Notes under the pieces: generated by a model | Databases searched by the model: none | What the model saw: only the letters and a program-made list of their open reading frames with translations | What the model was told of the DNA's origin: nothing | Shown here: piece by piece, positions 46,791 to 57,292 of the stretch | How the letters are laid out: each line of letters begins with the position of its first letter | How positions within the stretch are numbered: the stretch's first letter is position 1 | Assembly: GCA_045579745.1 (NCBI GenBank) | Contig: JAZNMQ010000020.1 | Span: 4,108-68,107, forward strand | Length of the DNA: 64,000 nucleotides | Direction of reading: 5' to 3' | DNA from: Candidatus Flemingiibacterium sp. | GTDB taxonomy: Bacteria; Bacillota; Clostridia; Oscillospirales; CAG-272 | Position numbers and translations under genes: made by a program

Positions 46791-46994
46791 TAATACAACC
46801 CTGTCAGTGTAGGGTAATCGATTGTGAAGACGGGTCTGCGGCATCTTTTATCGAAGCGGCTCAAGCCGCGCGCTTCGCTCTGCACTTCACTTCGAAGCCC
46901 GTTATACTGCCAAGTGGCACCCGAGCGTAAAAATTGAACGGTATCGCAAAAAGCTAATCATGCTATATGTCGGCTTAAGAAAAAGGTGATATAA

Positions 46995-47819
46995 ATGAAG
47001 ATGATACCAAAATTAGGGCTATCCAATTTGAACGGCGAATTTCTGACTGTAAAAAAACGAAGCGGAAGAACCTCGTTTGAACTTCATCGCCATGATTATT
47101 ATGAAATTTTGATGTACAAAAACTGCAACGGCTGTTGTATACTTAACGGTAAAGAATACGCGATGTCGGGCGACTCACTTTTTCTTCTGACGCCCAAGGA
47201 TTATCACAAGATAATCAACATCGAAAACCAATCATCATATTCGATTAATGTATCGTTTTCCGAAAATATAGTAAACAAAACCCTCTTGACTGAGCTTGGT
47301 TTCGTTCCGAGAGTTATGACGAAGCTTAGTGAGGAAACGGTTTACTGTATGGAAATGATGCTTAAATATTATACAGAAAAAAGCCGATTCAAGGATATCA
47401 AGCTTAATGGCATGCTGAGTCTTCTTATAACGAGCGTGCTTGAAAACAGTGTTCCCTCGAAGGAATCCACGGGATTTTTCAGCTCTCAAATACGTGAAAC
47501 AATGGCATACATATTATCTGATCTGACAAAATCACACAAGCTTGAGGATGTGGCAAAGATCAGCGGCTTATCGGCTCCTTATTTCTCGCATCTGTTTCAC
47601 AAGGAAACCGGAAAGCCCTACAAAAGGTGGCTGACTACGGTCAGGATCGATTATGCAAAGCGGATAATTGAGGATAAGGATGCTTCTATAATTGATATCT
47701 GTTATGAATGCGGATATAATACGCCATCCCAATTTCTGAAAATGTTCAAGCGCGAAACCTCTATGACCCCTACGGAATACAGAAAGCTGTTTGCCGAAAA
47801 AACAAATCAAAACGAATAA
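46995..47819 (+). CDS. AraC-family transcriptional regulator (cupin + HTH)
   Basis: AAAAGGTGA RBS. C-terminal HTH LEDVAKISGLSAPYFSHLFHKETG...GYNTPSQFLKMFKRETSMTPTEYRK. Confidence 0.85.
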   Translation: MKMIPKLGLSNLNGEFLTVKKRSGRTSFELHRHDYYEILMYKNCNGCCILNGKEYAMSGDSLFLLTPKDYHKIINIENQSSYSINVSFSENIVNKTLLTELGFVPRVMTKLSEETVYCMEMMLKYYTEKSRFKDIKLNGMLSLLITSVLENSVPSKESTGFFSSQIRETMAYILSDLTKSHKLEDVAKISGLSAPYFSHLFHKETGKPYKRWLTTVRIDYAKRIIEDKDASIIDICYECGYNTPSQFLKMFKRETSMTPTEYRKLFAEKTNQNE

Positions 47820-47836
47820 AATTTTTGCTTTTTTGC

Positions 47837-47865
47837 TTGACACAGAGCGTCAATTAATATATAAT
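47837..47865 (+). promoter_or_regulatory. sigma-A-type promoter of the URO-D-like/SIS/GH38 gene set
   Basis: TTGACA 47837-47842, a 17-nt spacer, TATAAT 47860-47865. Confidence 0.65.
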
Positions 47866-47904
47866 GCTTATAAATACAAACAACTAAACTTTATGGAGGC
47901 ACCC

Positions 47905-49020
47905 ATGAGCAGAATTATCACACCAAGCATCAATTTTACAGATGAACAATACGAAAATCTTCGTCAAACATACCGCAAATGGTGGGCAGGCGAGCTTGAT
48001 CGCCCGATCGTTCCGATTTCCACCTTCGGTCACGAATCCAACCGCAAACCCACAGATGCACCTTTTCTTACCACAATGAACGCGTGGGATATGTCTATCG
48101 CACCTGAGGAATTTATTGAAGCATACGACTATCATTTTTCAAAAATGCGTTGGCACGGAGATGCTTTTCCCTATGTTTCAACCACTCAGTTTGGTCCGGG
48201 CGTGCTTGCCGCATTCCTTGGCTGCAAGCCTGTAGGTGCTGAAACAACCGTTTGGTTTGAGTCCGATGTAACGGATCTCCCGATCAGCGAGCTTCATTTT
48301 GAATACGACGAAAACAACCCCTACTTCCAGCGTATCATCCGCTTCTATGAAGCTGCTATGGAAAAATGGCACGGCAATGTCGTTGTCAGCATGGTTGATA
48401 TGGGCGGTAATATGGACGTTCTTGCATGGTTCCGCAGCTCCGAGAATCTTCTTCTTGACCTCTACGACGATCCCGACGAGGTTAAGCGCTGCATAAATGA
48501 AATTCAGGACATGTGGTTCAAGTGCTTTGACCGCATTAACTCTATAATGGCTCCCGAGGCACGCGGCTATTCGCAGTGGTTCAGAACCTTCCATGAAAAG
48601 CCCGGCTATGTTCTTCAGAGCGATTTCTCATATATGATCAGTCCTGACATGTTTAAGGAATTTGTAGCTCCCGAGCTCACCTCCTCGGCAGCACGTCTTG
48701 ACCATCCGGTATACCATATGGACGGCATCGGCGAAATACCTCATCTCGATCATCTTCTCGCAATCAAGGACCTTGCAGGTATTCAATGGGTAGCAGGTGA
48801 CGGCGAGCCCTCTATGCGCAACTGGGATGAACTTCTTACCAAGATCCTTGCCTCCGGCAAAAAGCTTCTCTCATGGGGTATGGATTACACAACTAAGAAG
48901 CCAAGACATTTCGTAAAGAATCCGGGACAGCTCTTCTACGACGAGCGCACCTACAAGCTCGAATGGCTCGAGGATGCAAAGAAATTTGCCGACATCTACG
49001 GCATCGAAATTAAATTCTAA
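47905..49020 (+). CDS. URO-D/MtaA-fold-like protein (tentative), function unknown
   Basis: ORF 47791-49020, start at ATG 47905 after GGAGG. Segments FGPGVLAAFLGC, SDFSYMISPDMFKEFVAPE and VYHMDG resemble the uroporphyrinogen-decarboxylase/methyltransferase TIM-barrel family. The HxC zinc motif is absent. Confidence 0.45.
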   Translation: MSRIITPSINFTDEQYENLRQTYRKWWAGELDRPIVPISTFGHESNRKPTDAPFLTTMNAWDMSIAPEEFIEAYDYHFSKMRWHGDAFPYVSTTQFGPGVLAAFLGCKPVGAETTVWFESDVTDLPISELHFEYDENNPYFQRIIRFYEAAMEKWHGNVVVSMVDMGGNMDVLAWFRSSENLLLDLYDDPDEVKRCINEIQDMWFKCFDRINSIMAPEARGYSQWFRTFHEKPGYVLQSDFSYMISPDMFKEFVAPELTSSAARLDHPVYHMDGIGEIPHLDHLLAIKDLAGIQWVAGDGEPSMRNWDELLTKILASGKKLLSWGMDYTTKKPRHFVKNPGQLFYDERTYKLEWLEDAKKFADIYGIEIKF

Positions 49021-49076
49021 AAACATATACGCGGTGTCATCGAATCACAAAGCAGACTTTGATATACGAATCCGAT

Positions 49077-49117
49077 TGGCAACAGTGCGGATTGGGACTG
49101 CACTGTTGCCATCTTGT
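49077..49117 (+). terminator. hairpin, possible (leaky) terminator
   Basis: TGGCAACAGTGC (49077-49088) / GCACTGTTGCCA (49100-49111) followed by TCTTGTT. Confidence 0.45.
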
Positions 49118-49167
49118 TAGATCCGAAAATATTTGCTGGCTAAAATACCTTTAATCAGGAGAATCCT

Positions 49168-50214
49168 ATGAGTTTTTTAATGAATGATATTTTAATCCAA
49201 CCAAACGAGTTAAAAAAAGCACTTGAATCCTACAAGAGTGCCGAATTCCAAAAGCGTCTTGAGGCTGTAAAGGAGCTTCAGTTCAGCGAAATAATTATGA
49301 GCGGTATGGGAAGCTCCCATTTCTGCTCCTTGCCTGCAGATGTTTATCTCGCATCTCACGGGATAAGAAGCCGTGTCGTATCTGCCGGCGAGCTTTTGCA
49401 TTACGAGTATGCACGAATCAAATCCGACACTCTGCTCTGCCTTATCTCACAGTCAGGAGAGAGCGCTGAGATAGTCCGTCTTCTTGAAAAGATACCAAGC
49501 GAAACTAAAATTATCGCTATCACGAACAATCCCGAAAGCACTCTTGGCAAGCGTGGTGATATTGTTTTCAATATCAATGTGTCAAACGAGAAATCCGTTT
49601 CCACAAGAACCTATGTTTCATCCGTAATTGTGACCATGCTTATCGCGTTTATGCTTACAGGTGAGGATACAATGGCATCCTGCAAGCGTTTTGACAGTAT
49701 TCTTGACGATTTTGCAGCCTACACCGAAAACAGCGCTGAGATCACAGCTAAGCTTGACGAATTTACAAAGGGTGTAACAAGCACGAATCTCATGGGCAGA
49801 GGTTATTCAATCGGTACAGTCCGTGCATCGGCGCTCTTTCTTCGTGAAGCGGGTCGTTCCTCGGCGACAGATTTCGACAGTGCAGAGTTCCGTCACGGTC
49901 CTATGGAAATGATTGAGAACGGAGTATTTGCGGTCGTGCTCGCTCCGTGCGGCATTGGTCAGGAGCTTAATGTAAAGCTTGCGAGAGATATCACGGAAAA
50001 GGGCGGCAAGGTTCTTCTGATCACCGACAAAAACGCTTCTTCCGTTGAAGGTGACACGAATATTCTTCGCCTTGATCTTCCCGTAGTTGACGAATGTCTT
50101 GCACCTGTTCTTCAGATACTTCCCCTGCAGCTTCTCACCGACATAATGGCTGTCAGAAAAGGAAATATAGACGGCGATTTCAGATGGGGCAACAAAATCA
50201 CAGCAGTAGAATAA
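49168..50214 (+). CDS. SIS-domain sugar-phosphate isomerase/deglycase-like protein (two SIS domains)
   Basis: CLISQSGESAE (SIS SxSG motif). 348 aa, similar in organisation to AgaS/FrlB/GlmS-C proteins. Confidence 0.7.
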   Translation: MSFLMNDILIQPNELKKALESYKSAEFQKRLEAVKELQFSEIIMSGMGSSHFCSLPADVYLASHGIRSRVVSAGELLHYEYARIKSDTLLCLISQSGESAEIVRLLEKIPSETKIIAITNNPESTLGKRGDIVFNINVSNEKSVSTRTYVSSVIVTMLIAFMLTGEDTMASCKRFDSILDDFAAYTENSAEITAKLDEFTKGVTSTNLMGRGYSIGTVRASALFLREAGRSSATDFDSAEFRHGPMEMIENGVFAVVLAPCGIGQELNVKLARDITEKGGKVLLITDKNASSVEGDTNILRLDLPVVDECLAPVLQILPLQLLTDIMAVRKGNIDGDFRWGNKITAVE

Positions 50215-50245
50215 CCTACAAACAAAATTAAAGGAGATAACGCAT

Positions 50246-52618
50246 ATGCCAAACTATCATGTTATAGGTATGAGCCACATTGACCTCGGATTTACCATAA
50301 CCGAGGAGGAGCTTGACGAGCAGCTCGAAGTGTTTATAGAGCGCATTCTGTACATTCTCGACCGCGAGCCTGAGGTTACCTTCGGAATCGAGCAGATGAG
50401 TCACTACAGAAAGATCAAAAGAGATCGTCCCGACCTGTTCAAGCGCGTTAAGGAATATATTAAAGAGGGACGCATCGAGATCATGGGTGCTATGGCATCC
50501 TCGATGGAAACAAACTTCCCTTGCGGCGAATCTTTTGTTCGAAATCAGAAGCTCGGCCTTGACTGGGCAAAGGAAAATCTTGAAGCTAAGCCTGACATCG
50601 CATGGCTTGTCGATACCTTCGGCACAAACGCTCAGGTTCCGCAGATTTACAATCAGTTCGGCTTCACACAGCTCTTTGCCAACCGTTTCGGCGGCGACAA
50701 AATGCACCAGGTATTCAAGGCGAAGGGGCTTGACGGCTCTGAGCTCGTAGTTATGGGCGTTGACGGATACTCACGCAATGTCAGAAGCACTCACCTTCTA
50801 TTCAGCTTCAACCGTGCATGGAGCAATATTGAAAACATGTTCAGACAGGCTGATCGCATGAAGAGCCCCGAGCCTAAGCTCATCACAAACTATATCGAAA
50901 ACGAATTCATCATGAGCATGCTCTATATCAAGCGCACAAAGGAGCGTCAGGGCCGCGAGGGTGAAAATTGGATTCTGTCTTCGCACAAGAAATATGTTGA
51001 AGACCTCATGAGCTACACCAAGGAATTCCCCGTTCTGTTCTGCGACCTCAACCCTGAATTTACGGGAACCTTTGCGCTTCGCACGCCTATCAAGCTTGCA
51101 AACCGCAAGGCTGAGAATGCTCTGCTTGAAGCTGAAAAATGGAGTGCGCTCATCACTCCCGAGGTCAAGTCCTCCGATTTCGCTGAATCATGGTGGACAA
51201 TGGCTTTCAACCAGTTCCACGATGTATTCACCGGCTCTCACACCGACCCGACCTACAATTCGGTTCTCGAGAGATACGACGAGGTAATCACCTCCTCCGA
51301 TAAGGCAACCGCATCAGCCCTCAGCGCAATTACAAAGGCAGACGAAAACGCGGTCACCTTTACAAACTCCATGCCTTGGGAAAGAACCGAATGGATTAAG
51401 CTCCCCGAAAAGTTTGGCGGCCGCAAGCTTTTAAATGGTACTGCTGAGGTCAAGACCGCTGTTCGAGGCGATGAGGTATTCGCTCTTGTTACCATGCCTG
51501 CAGTCGGTGCAGTTACATATACAGTTGGCGACGCATGCAGCACCTGCGAGCCCGCCAAGAGCGATTCCTGCCAAATCAGCAACGAAGCTCTCACACTCAA
51601 GGTCGACAAATCAACCGGTGCAATCACACTCACTCTCGCAGACGGTACCGTTATCATCGATAACGCGATCGATTACATCACGCTTCAGGAAGATAAAGGC
51701 TCCATGCAGATTGAAAACCTTGATGGCGGCGAAGCATACGTAACGCTCGGAGAGGTTAAAGTATCCCCCGTTCTGAAGGATGCTATGGGCGAGGAAGTCA
51801 CACTTTCCGGCAAGATTCCGTACATGGCTTGGAATGGCGGCAATAACCGCTTTGAGTGGGCACTTACATTCCGCGCAAACAGCGGCGAGGCTAATATCCG
51901 ACTCCATCTTGACGTTGATTGGCTCGGTGAGGGCACTCGAATCCGCCTCAACATCCCGACCACGATTCACAACTCCGACGCTGTCTATGAGATCCCGTTC
52001 GGCGTGGTTGAAAGAACCGCTTACCGTACAAGACCTACATCTAAGGGTGAATGGCCGGCACACCGCTTTGTTGCGTTTGAGGATACAGAGAAGGGTGTTG
52101 CACTTATCAACTCGGGCGCAGCAGGCGTTGAGTTAAACGGACGCACACTTTCCACATCGCTTATCAGAGCTTACTATCCGGGTCCCGGCGCGTGGGTCAG
52201 ACCTTCCGCTTTATCCTCACAGCATGGCAAGCATTCGTATGACTTCATGCTCGTACCTTACAATGGAAGCTGGAAGAATGCAGCTGTTCTGCGCATGGCT
52301 CAGGAATTTAACAGCCCTGCACGCGCATTTGAAGCATGCGCTGTAGATGGCAGATGCACTTCCTTCGCATCTGTAGACCGCGACAATATCGTTCTTTCCA
52401 CGATCAAAGCGGCAGATGACAACAGCGGCGACCTCGTGATTCGCGTTTACGAAAGCTTCGGCGAGGCTACTACTGCAACAATCTCCATTAAGGATGCCAA
52501 GAGTGCAGTTCTTTCGAATGTTAACGAAATTATCGGCGAGGACATTTCCTGCAAGGACGGAAAGATTGCTATATCCGTTAAACCGTTCGAAATTCTCACC
52601 ATCAGAGTTAAGAGATAA
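50246..52618 (+). CDS. glycoside hydrolase family 38-like (alpha-mannosidase-type)
   Basis: AAAGGAGA RBS. N-terminus VIGMSHIDLGF (HxD metal motif) and WLVDTFG. 790 aa. Confidence 0.6.
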   Translation: MPNYHVIGMSHIDLGFTITEEELDEQLEVFIERILYILDREPEVTFGIEQMSHYRKIKRDRPDLFKRVKEYIKEGRIEIMGAMASSMETNFPCGESFVRNQKLGLDWAKENLEAKPDIAWLVDTFGTNAQVPQIYNQFGFTQLFANRFGGDKMHQVFKAKGLDGSELVVMGVDGYSRNVRSTHLLFSFNRAWSNIENMFRQADRMKSPEPKLITNYIENEFIMSMLYIKRTKERQGREGENWILSSHKKYVEDLMSYTKEFPVLFCDLNPEFTGTFALRTPIKLANRKAENALLEAEKWSALITPEVKSSDFAESWWTMAFNQFHDVFTGSHTDPTYNSVLERYDEVITSSDKATASALSAITKADENAVTFTNSMPWERTEWIKLPEKFGGRKLLNGTAEVKTAVRGDEVFALVTMPAVGAVTYTVGDACSTCEPAKSDSCQISNEALTLKVDKSTGAITLTLADGTVIIDNAIDYITLQEDKGSMQIENLDGGEAYVTLGEVKVSPVLKDAMGEEVTLSGKIPYMAWNGGNNRFEWALTFRANSGEANIRLHLDVDWLGEGTRIRLNIPTTIHNSDAVYEIPFGVVERTAYRTRPTSKGEWPAHRFVAFEDTEKGVALINSGAAGVELNGRTLSTSLIRAYYPGPGAWVRPSALSSQHGKHSYDFMLVPYNGSWKNAAVLRMAQEFNSPARAFEACAVDGRCTSFASVDRDNIVLSTIKAADDNSGDLVIRVYESFGEATTATISIKDAKSAVLSNVNEIIGEDISCKDGKIAISVKPFEILTIRVKR

Positions 52619-52686
52619 TTTATAGTATTATGGCTGATAGTACAGCAACACTATCAGCCATAACTTCAAAAAACGGAGAACACGCT

Positions 52687-53916
52687 ATGTCACAAAAAGG
52701 CGAACTTTATGAGCTTGCAAGCCGAGTTATGGAGCTTGCAACCTCTGACGAAATGAACGAAAAGCGTCGTCTTTGGAGATGTTCAAACAGCTTCAAGGGA
52801 GATGCTCCGCTAATATATCTTCGCGCATTTGCATTCGATGAAAACTTTTCAAGCTCGGTATTAAAATGCACCGACCCAATGCTTCGCGGAGTTGAAAAAT
52901 CGCTTCATCAGGCAATCTATCGCGCGACTCTCGGCGACGATTTCATTATTGAGCCGTGGTATAAAATCGACGCGAGCTACACGACTTCAAATTCCATGCG
53001 ATGGGGTGTTCGTGTCGGTCTTGGCGAGAAAACTCAGTCGAACGGCGCGGCAGGCTATGCACCCATTCTGAACGATGAGGATTTCTCATGCCTCAAGCCC
53101 GCTTCGTACGAAGTTGACGAGAAAAGCACTGACCTCAGATATGAACAGCTAATGGAAGCTTTCGGCGGAGCTTTGCCCGTTTTCGTTTCACGTCAAGGGC
53201 AATTTACTATGTGGTGCGACGACATCTCCACCGATATTGCAAAAATGCGCGGACTTGAACAGCTCATGTGGGATGTTTACGACAATCCCGATTGGCTCCA
53301 CAGTCTGTTGGCTTTTATGCGCGACGCTATTCTCGAGAACCACCGTCAAGCGGAAGCGGCAGGCGGATTCTCACTCGCAGACCACGAAAATCAGTGCATG
53401 ACTTATGCCGAGGAGCTCGATGACCCCAATCCGAATGTTAAGGGAGTTTCACGAACGCAGTTATGGCGATTCAATGCGGCGCAGGAATATACCGGCTTCA
53501 GTCCGGAAATGTTCTGGGAATTTATTTTGCAGTATCAACAGCCAATCCTCGAGCAGTTCGGTATGAGTGCATACGGATGCTGTGAAAATCTCACGGGAGT
53601 TATACCGTACCTTCGCCGAATAAAGAATTTGCGCAGAATTGCAGTTTCGCCCTTTGCAGATGCAAAAAAGTGCGCGGAGCAGATTGGAAGCGACTACATT
53701 TTGTCATGGCGTCCGAACCCATCTTTGATGGTTGCAACAGGGCTTGACGAGGATTTCGTCAGAAAATATATGCGCGAGCACTTTGAGATTTTCAAGGCAA
53801 ACAACAACCATTTTGACATCACGCTGAAGGATGTTGAAACTGTCAGCCATCATCCTGAAAATGTGAAGCGTTGGACTGAAATCGTCCGCGAGGAAATCGT
53901 TAACTTCTACTCTTAA
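52687..53916 (+). CDS. second URO-D/MtaA-fold-like protein (tentative), function unknown
   Basis: ORF 52630-53916, start at ATG 52687 after GGAGAA. Segments FSPEMFWEFILQYQQP, YGCCEN and RIAVSPFAD are arranged as in URO-D-like TIM barrels. Confidence 0.4.
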   Translation: MSQKGELYELASRVMELATSDEMNEKRRLWRCSNSFKGDAPLIYLRAFAFDENFSSSVLKCTDPMLRGVEKSLHQAIYRATLGDDFIIEPWYKIDASYTTSNSMRWGVRVGLGEKTQSNGAAGYAPILNDEDFSCLKPASYEVDEKSTDLRYEQLMEAFGGALPVFVSRQGQFTMWCDDISTDIAKMRGLEQLMWDVYDNPDWLHSLLAFMRDAILENHRQAEAAGGFSLADHENQCMTYAEELDDPNPNVKGVSRTQLWRFNAAQEYTGFSPEMFWEFILQYQQPILEQFGMSAYGCCENLTGVIPYLRRIKNLRRIAVSPFADAKKCAEQIGSDYILSWRPNPSLMVATGLDEDFVRKYMREHFEIFKANNNHFDITLKDVETVSHHPENVKRWTEIVREEIVNFYS

Positions 53917-53939
53917 CACAAAAGAAAGGGACAACCACA

Positions 53940-55958
53940 ATGTTGAAAGAATGTTATGCAAGCTTTGATGCTGCAAGCGGAAGACTCACACTGGGTAACA
54001 GCCGCATAGAAAAAACAATGATCATCAAGGGCAGCTTTATTCGCACCGAAAAGGTAGAGGATAAATCAAGCTCGGTTAAATGGAATGGCGGCAAGCCCTT
54101 GTGGCAGCGCTGCCCTGTTCTCGGAGTTCAGGAATCTCCCGAAATCCGCTTTGAAGCCATTGAATGTGACGCTCCTCTTGCGATGAAGCCTCACCTCAAG
54201 GTATCACTTGAGCTTGCCGGAAACAGCGGTACCGCATGGTATGAATACATAATCTTCCCGAATATCCCGTTCATATACAGCCAAATAAGCATAGAAAAGA
54301 AGGGCGAGCTCGAGCTTGGTCTTTCACAATCCGATTTCAAGCAGAGTACAGGTGTCGAAACCGGTGCAGATAAGGTTTCTCAAAATGACATAATTTGCGA
54401 TTCCAATACCCTCGACTGCATTCCGCTCCGCTTTTCTCACCTCGAGGTTGAATCCTTCAACCTCTATGACAAAACCGATAACAACGATATGCTCGTTGAG
54501 CGTTCTACCTTCCCCATCTACAAGAGAGGCGTGACCGAACGCGAGGGCAATATCTTCAAAATCAACGATTACGCAACCGAAAACACGCTGATGATAATAA
54601 AGCATTCGCCTACTCACAGCTCTGAGCTTAACAGAAGCGGCAAGGATATCGTATTCCCGAACGCGGCATACGCGCTCCTCAGAGGAACAGGCGTTGACTT
54701 CAACGACATTCCCGAGGGCAAGGTTCCCTATTATGCATCGGCTATCGGCGTTTCGAAGACAGCTGATATCTCCGATGAATATTGGCGTTACAGCACAGCA
54801 TTCTCAACCGGCGATGACCGCGGTGCACTCTTTATCATGTCAAACACCTGGGGCGACCGCAGTCAGGATATGGCTATCTCCGAGGAATTTATCATGAAGG
54901 AGCTCGACCGTGCGAAGGAGCTCGGCGTTGACATTCTCCAGATCGACGACGGTTGGATGTCCGGTATCACCGCTAACTCCCTCCGCAAAAAAGGCGGTGC
55001 ATGGGGTAACTACTACGCATACGACAGCAATTTCTGGGACGTTGACCCCGAGCGTTTCCCGAACGACCTCTATCCTGTTATCAACAAGGCAAAGGAATAC
55101 GGCATCGAGATCGGTCTTTGGTTTGGTCCCGACTCGTCAAACGATTTCGCGAATGTCGAAAAGGACATCGAGATTCTTATGGATCTGTACAAGAAGTACG
55201 GTGTCAGATACTTCAAGTTTGACGGTGTGGGCATCAGCTCCAAAAAAGGCGAAATGGGCTTCATCTACATGATGAAGAAGCTGACCGAGCTTACAAACGG
55301 CGATATGCGATTCAATCTCGACGTAACCGCAGGCGACCGTTTCGGATACCTCTATCACACGCAGTACGGCACTCTGTTCGTAGAAAACAGATACACCGAC
55401 TGGGGCAACTACTTCCCGCACAACACATTCAAGAACCTGTGGCATCTTGCGTCCATTGTTCCTACAAGACGTCTTCAGATGGAGCTTCTCAACAACAAGC
55501 GCAATATTGACAAGTATTTTGATCTTAAGTATGCGCCCTCGCAATATGGCATGGACTACATCTTTGCAGTCACAATGCCCGCGAATCCGCTTGTCTGGAT
55601 GGAAATGACTCACCTTGAAGATGCCGATGTAAAGGTTCTTTCAAGAATTACCGATGCATACAAGCCGTTCAAGGCAGAGCTTTTTAGCTCACAGGTAATT
55701 CCGATAGGCGATGCTCCGAGCGGAAAGAGCTTCTCAGGGTATCTTTGCAGAAGTGAGGACAAAAAATCAGGACACATCATCCTTTTCCGCGAAACCACCG
55801 AGGCAGATACTTACACCTTCAAGCTTCCGCTTGACATCAGTAGTGCCGAAATTGAGGTGATTTACGACAGCGCATCCGCAGAGATCTCCAAAACTGCCGA
55901 CGGCGTTACCGTAAAATTCTCAGAACCAAGATCTTTCGTTTGGGCAAAGGTAAAATAA
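53940..55958 (+). CDS. alpha-galactosidase-like glycoside hydrolase (GH36/clan D-like)
   Basis: SNTWGDRSQD...LGVDILQIDDGW (DDGW catalytic region), KFDG. 672 aa. Confidence 0.55.
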   Translation: MLKECYASFDAASGRLTLGNSRIEKTMIIKGSFIRTEKVEDKSSSVKWNGGKPLWQRCPVLGVQESPEIRFEAIECDAPLAMKPHLKVSLELAGNSGTAWYEYIIFPNIPFIYSQISIEKKGELELGLSQSDFKQSTGVETGADKVSQNDIICDSNTLDCIPLRFSHLEVESFNLYDKTDNNDMLVERSTFPIYKRGVTEREGNIFKINDYATENTLMIIKHSPTHSSELNRSGKDIVFPNAAYALLRGTGVDFNDIPEGKVPYYASAIGVSKTADISDEYWRYSTAFSTGDDRGALFIMSNTWGDRSQDMAISEEFIMKELDRAKELGVDILQIDDGWMSGITANSLRKKGGAWGNYYAYDSNFWDVDPERFPNDLYPVINKAKEYGIEIGLWFGPDSSNDFANVEKDIEILMDLYKKYGVRYFKFDGVGISSKKGEMGFIYMMKKLTELTNGDMRFNLDVTAGDRFGYLYHTQYGTLFVENRYTDWGNYFPHNTFKNLWHLASIVPTRRLQMELLNNKRNIDKYFDLKYAPSQYGMDYIFAVTMPANPLVWMEMTHLEDADVKVLSRITDAYKPFKAELFSSQVIPIGDAPSGKSFSGYLCRSEDKKSGHIILFRETTEADTYTFKLPLDISSAEIEVIYDSASAEISKTADGVTVKFSEPRSFVWAKVK

Positions 55959-55963
55959 AAATC

Positions 55964-55997
55964 AGGAGCTGCTGCATTAAGTGCAACAGCTCCTTTT
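55964..55997. terminator. bidirectional terminator between convergent GH genes
   Basis: AGGAGCTG..TGCA / TGCA..CAGCTCCT hairpin followed by TTTT. Confidence 0.7.
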
Positions 55998-56002
55998 CTT
56001 AT

Positions 56003-57292
56003 TTACTTTCGTAATATTACAACTGCATCCATGCCTCGTCCTGCTCCGCGGTCAACAAATGATATCAGATCGCCTTCAAGCTTAACATTCGTCTTTGAAT
56101 ATTCACCGCTTGTAGGCTCAAACATCTCGACCTCGGCAGGCACAAAGCCCAAAGCCTCGAGATTCAGCCTTGTGGGAAGTCCGAACGGACAGTATATATA
56201 CGCGCTGTCAGCTCCAACCATCGCCGCAGTGTAGTTTGCATCGTGTGCATTGCCAATGACCGCATCCTCGCACGGAACATGAGCTGTGAGGTCATTTCGG
56301 GAGATAAAATCGGCAAAATATCTTATCTCACATGCCGCAGGGCGATTGAGTGCGGTTTTCCAGACGTTCGGGAAATATGAGCCCGGGCAGTCGCAAAAGC
56401 CCCAAACGCTGTGATGACCGTAAGTATTGCCTGCGCTTCCGGCAAAAAGATTACGATACATTGTAACGCGAACATCGCACGCGTCAAAATAGCCCCTTCG
56501 AGGGTCAAAGCTTTTCGGATGGTCCTCGTAGCATTGCTCGCCGTCCATAGTCGGGCGCGTCGGCTTCATATTATAATCCTTTGCGATGAGCTCGTAGCTT
56601 GTCGGAGTACACGGCTCATTATGCCCCGACTGCATCATGTTGAAATCGAGCCATGAGCGGTCGTTTAAATAGTGCGAGGAGGAAACGCATTGGTCGGGAT
56701 GAAATGTAATCAGGAATTTGCCATTGTCGCCCTCTCTGAGGCCTCGCGCCATCTCATCAATTATCGCGTAATGCCTGTCCTCATCAAGCGCGCGGTCGCC
56801 GCCGAGGATCCAAATTATATTGTCGTGGTGCCTGAGCATCTCAGCAAGCCATTTGCCATATACATATGCGTTTTCGGGAGTAAATATCTCGGGGCCCTTT
56901 CCGGTCTTAATGTTGAATTTATCTCCCCATGATGGGAGAACACCGACATACAGACCAAGCTCCTCAGCAATTTTTATTATCGCTTCAACATGGGAAAAGT
57001 AGCTGTAATCGCCACCAAGGTCGGGAAGCGTGGGAGAGTATTGTCCGTCTGCATCCGTCTTAAGTGGGAGCCGACCATATACATTCGGCACGCGAAGCCC
57101 ATCTGCCTCGGATAGAATTACCGCCTGAACAAGGTTAAAGCCTTGTGATTTTCTTGTTTTGAGATAAAGCGTGGCATCTTCAATGCTCGTTCTGTGAAAC
57201 AAGCCCCATGCAGTATCGCCTATCAGATATACATTTTCTCCCGCCGATGTGACAAATCGACGCTTATCCTCAGAAATTTGAAGTGTTTTCAT
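56003..57292 (-). CDS. DUF4038 / glycoside hydrolase family 140-like protein
   Basis: The N-terminus RRFVTSAGENVYLIGDTAWGLFHR and the overall TIM-barrel pattern are typical of DUF4038 (GH140) proteins. Confidence 0.65.
   Translation of the reverse strand: MKTLQISEDKRRFVTSAGENVYLIGDTAWGLFHRTSIEDATLYLKTRKSQGFNLVQAVILSEADGLRVPNVYGRLPLKTDADGQYSPTLPDLGGDYSYFSHVEAIIKIAEELGLYVGVLPSWGDKFNIKTGKGPEIFTPENAYVYGKWLAEMLRHHDNIIWILGGDRALDEDRHYAIIDEMARGLREGDNGKFLITFHPDQCVSSSHYLNDRSWLDFNMMQSGHNEPCTPTSYELIAKDYNMKPTRPTMDGEQCYEDHPKSFDPRRGYFDACDVRVTMYRNLFAGSAGNTYGHHSVWGFCDCPGSYFPNVWKTALNRPAACEIRYFADFISRNDLTAHVPCEDAVIGNAHDANYTAAMVGADSAYIYCPFGLPTRLNLEALGFVPAEVEMFEPTSGEYSKTNVKLEGDLISFVDRGAGRGMDAVVILRK

Noticed and set aside
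55137-55613. 158-aa minus-strand ORF inside the GH36-like gene, plus similar antisense ORFs in the GH38-like and RACE genes (for example 51611-52063 and 61440-61826).
   Set aside because: They are antisense to longer ORFs with family motifs and proper RBSs.
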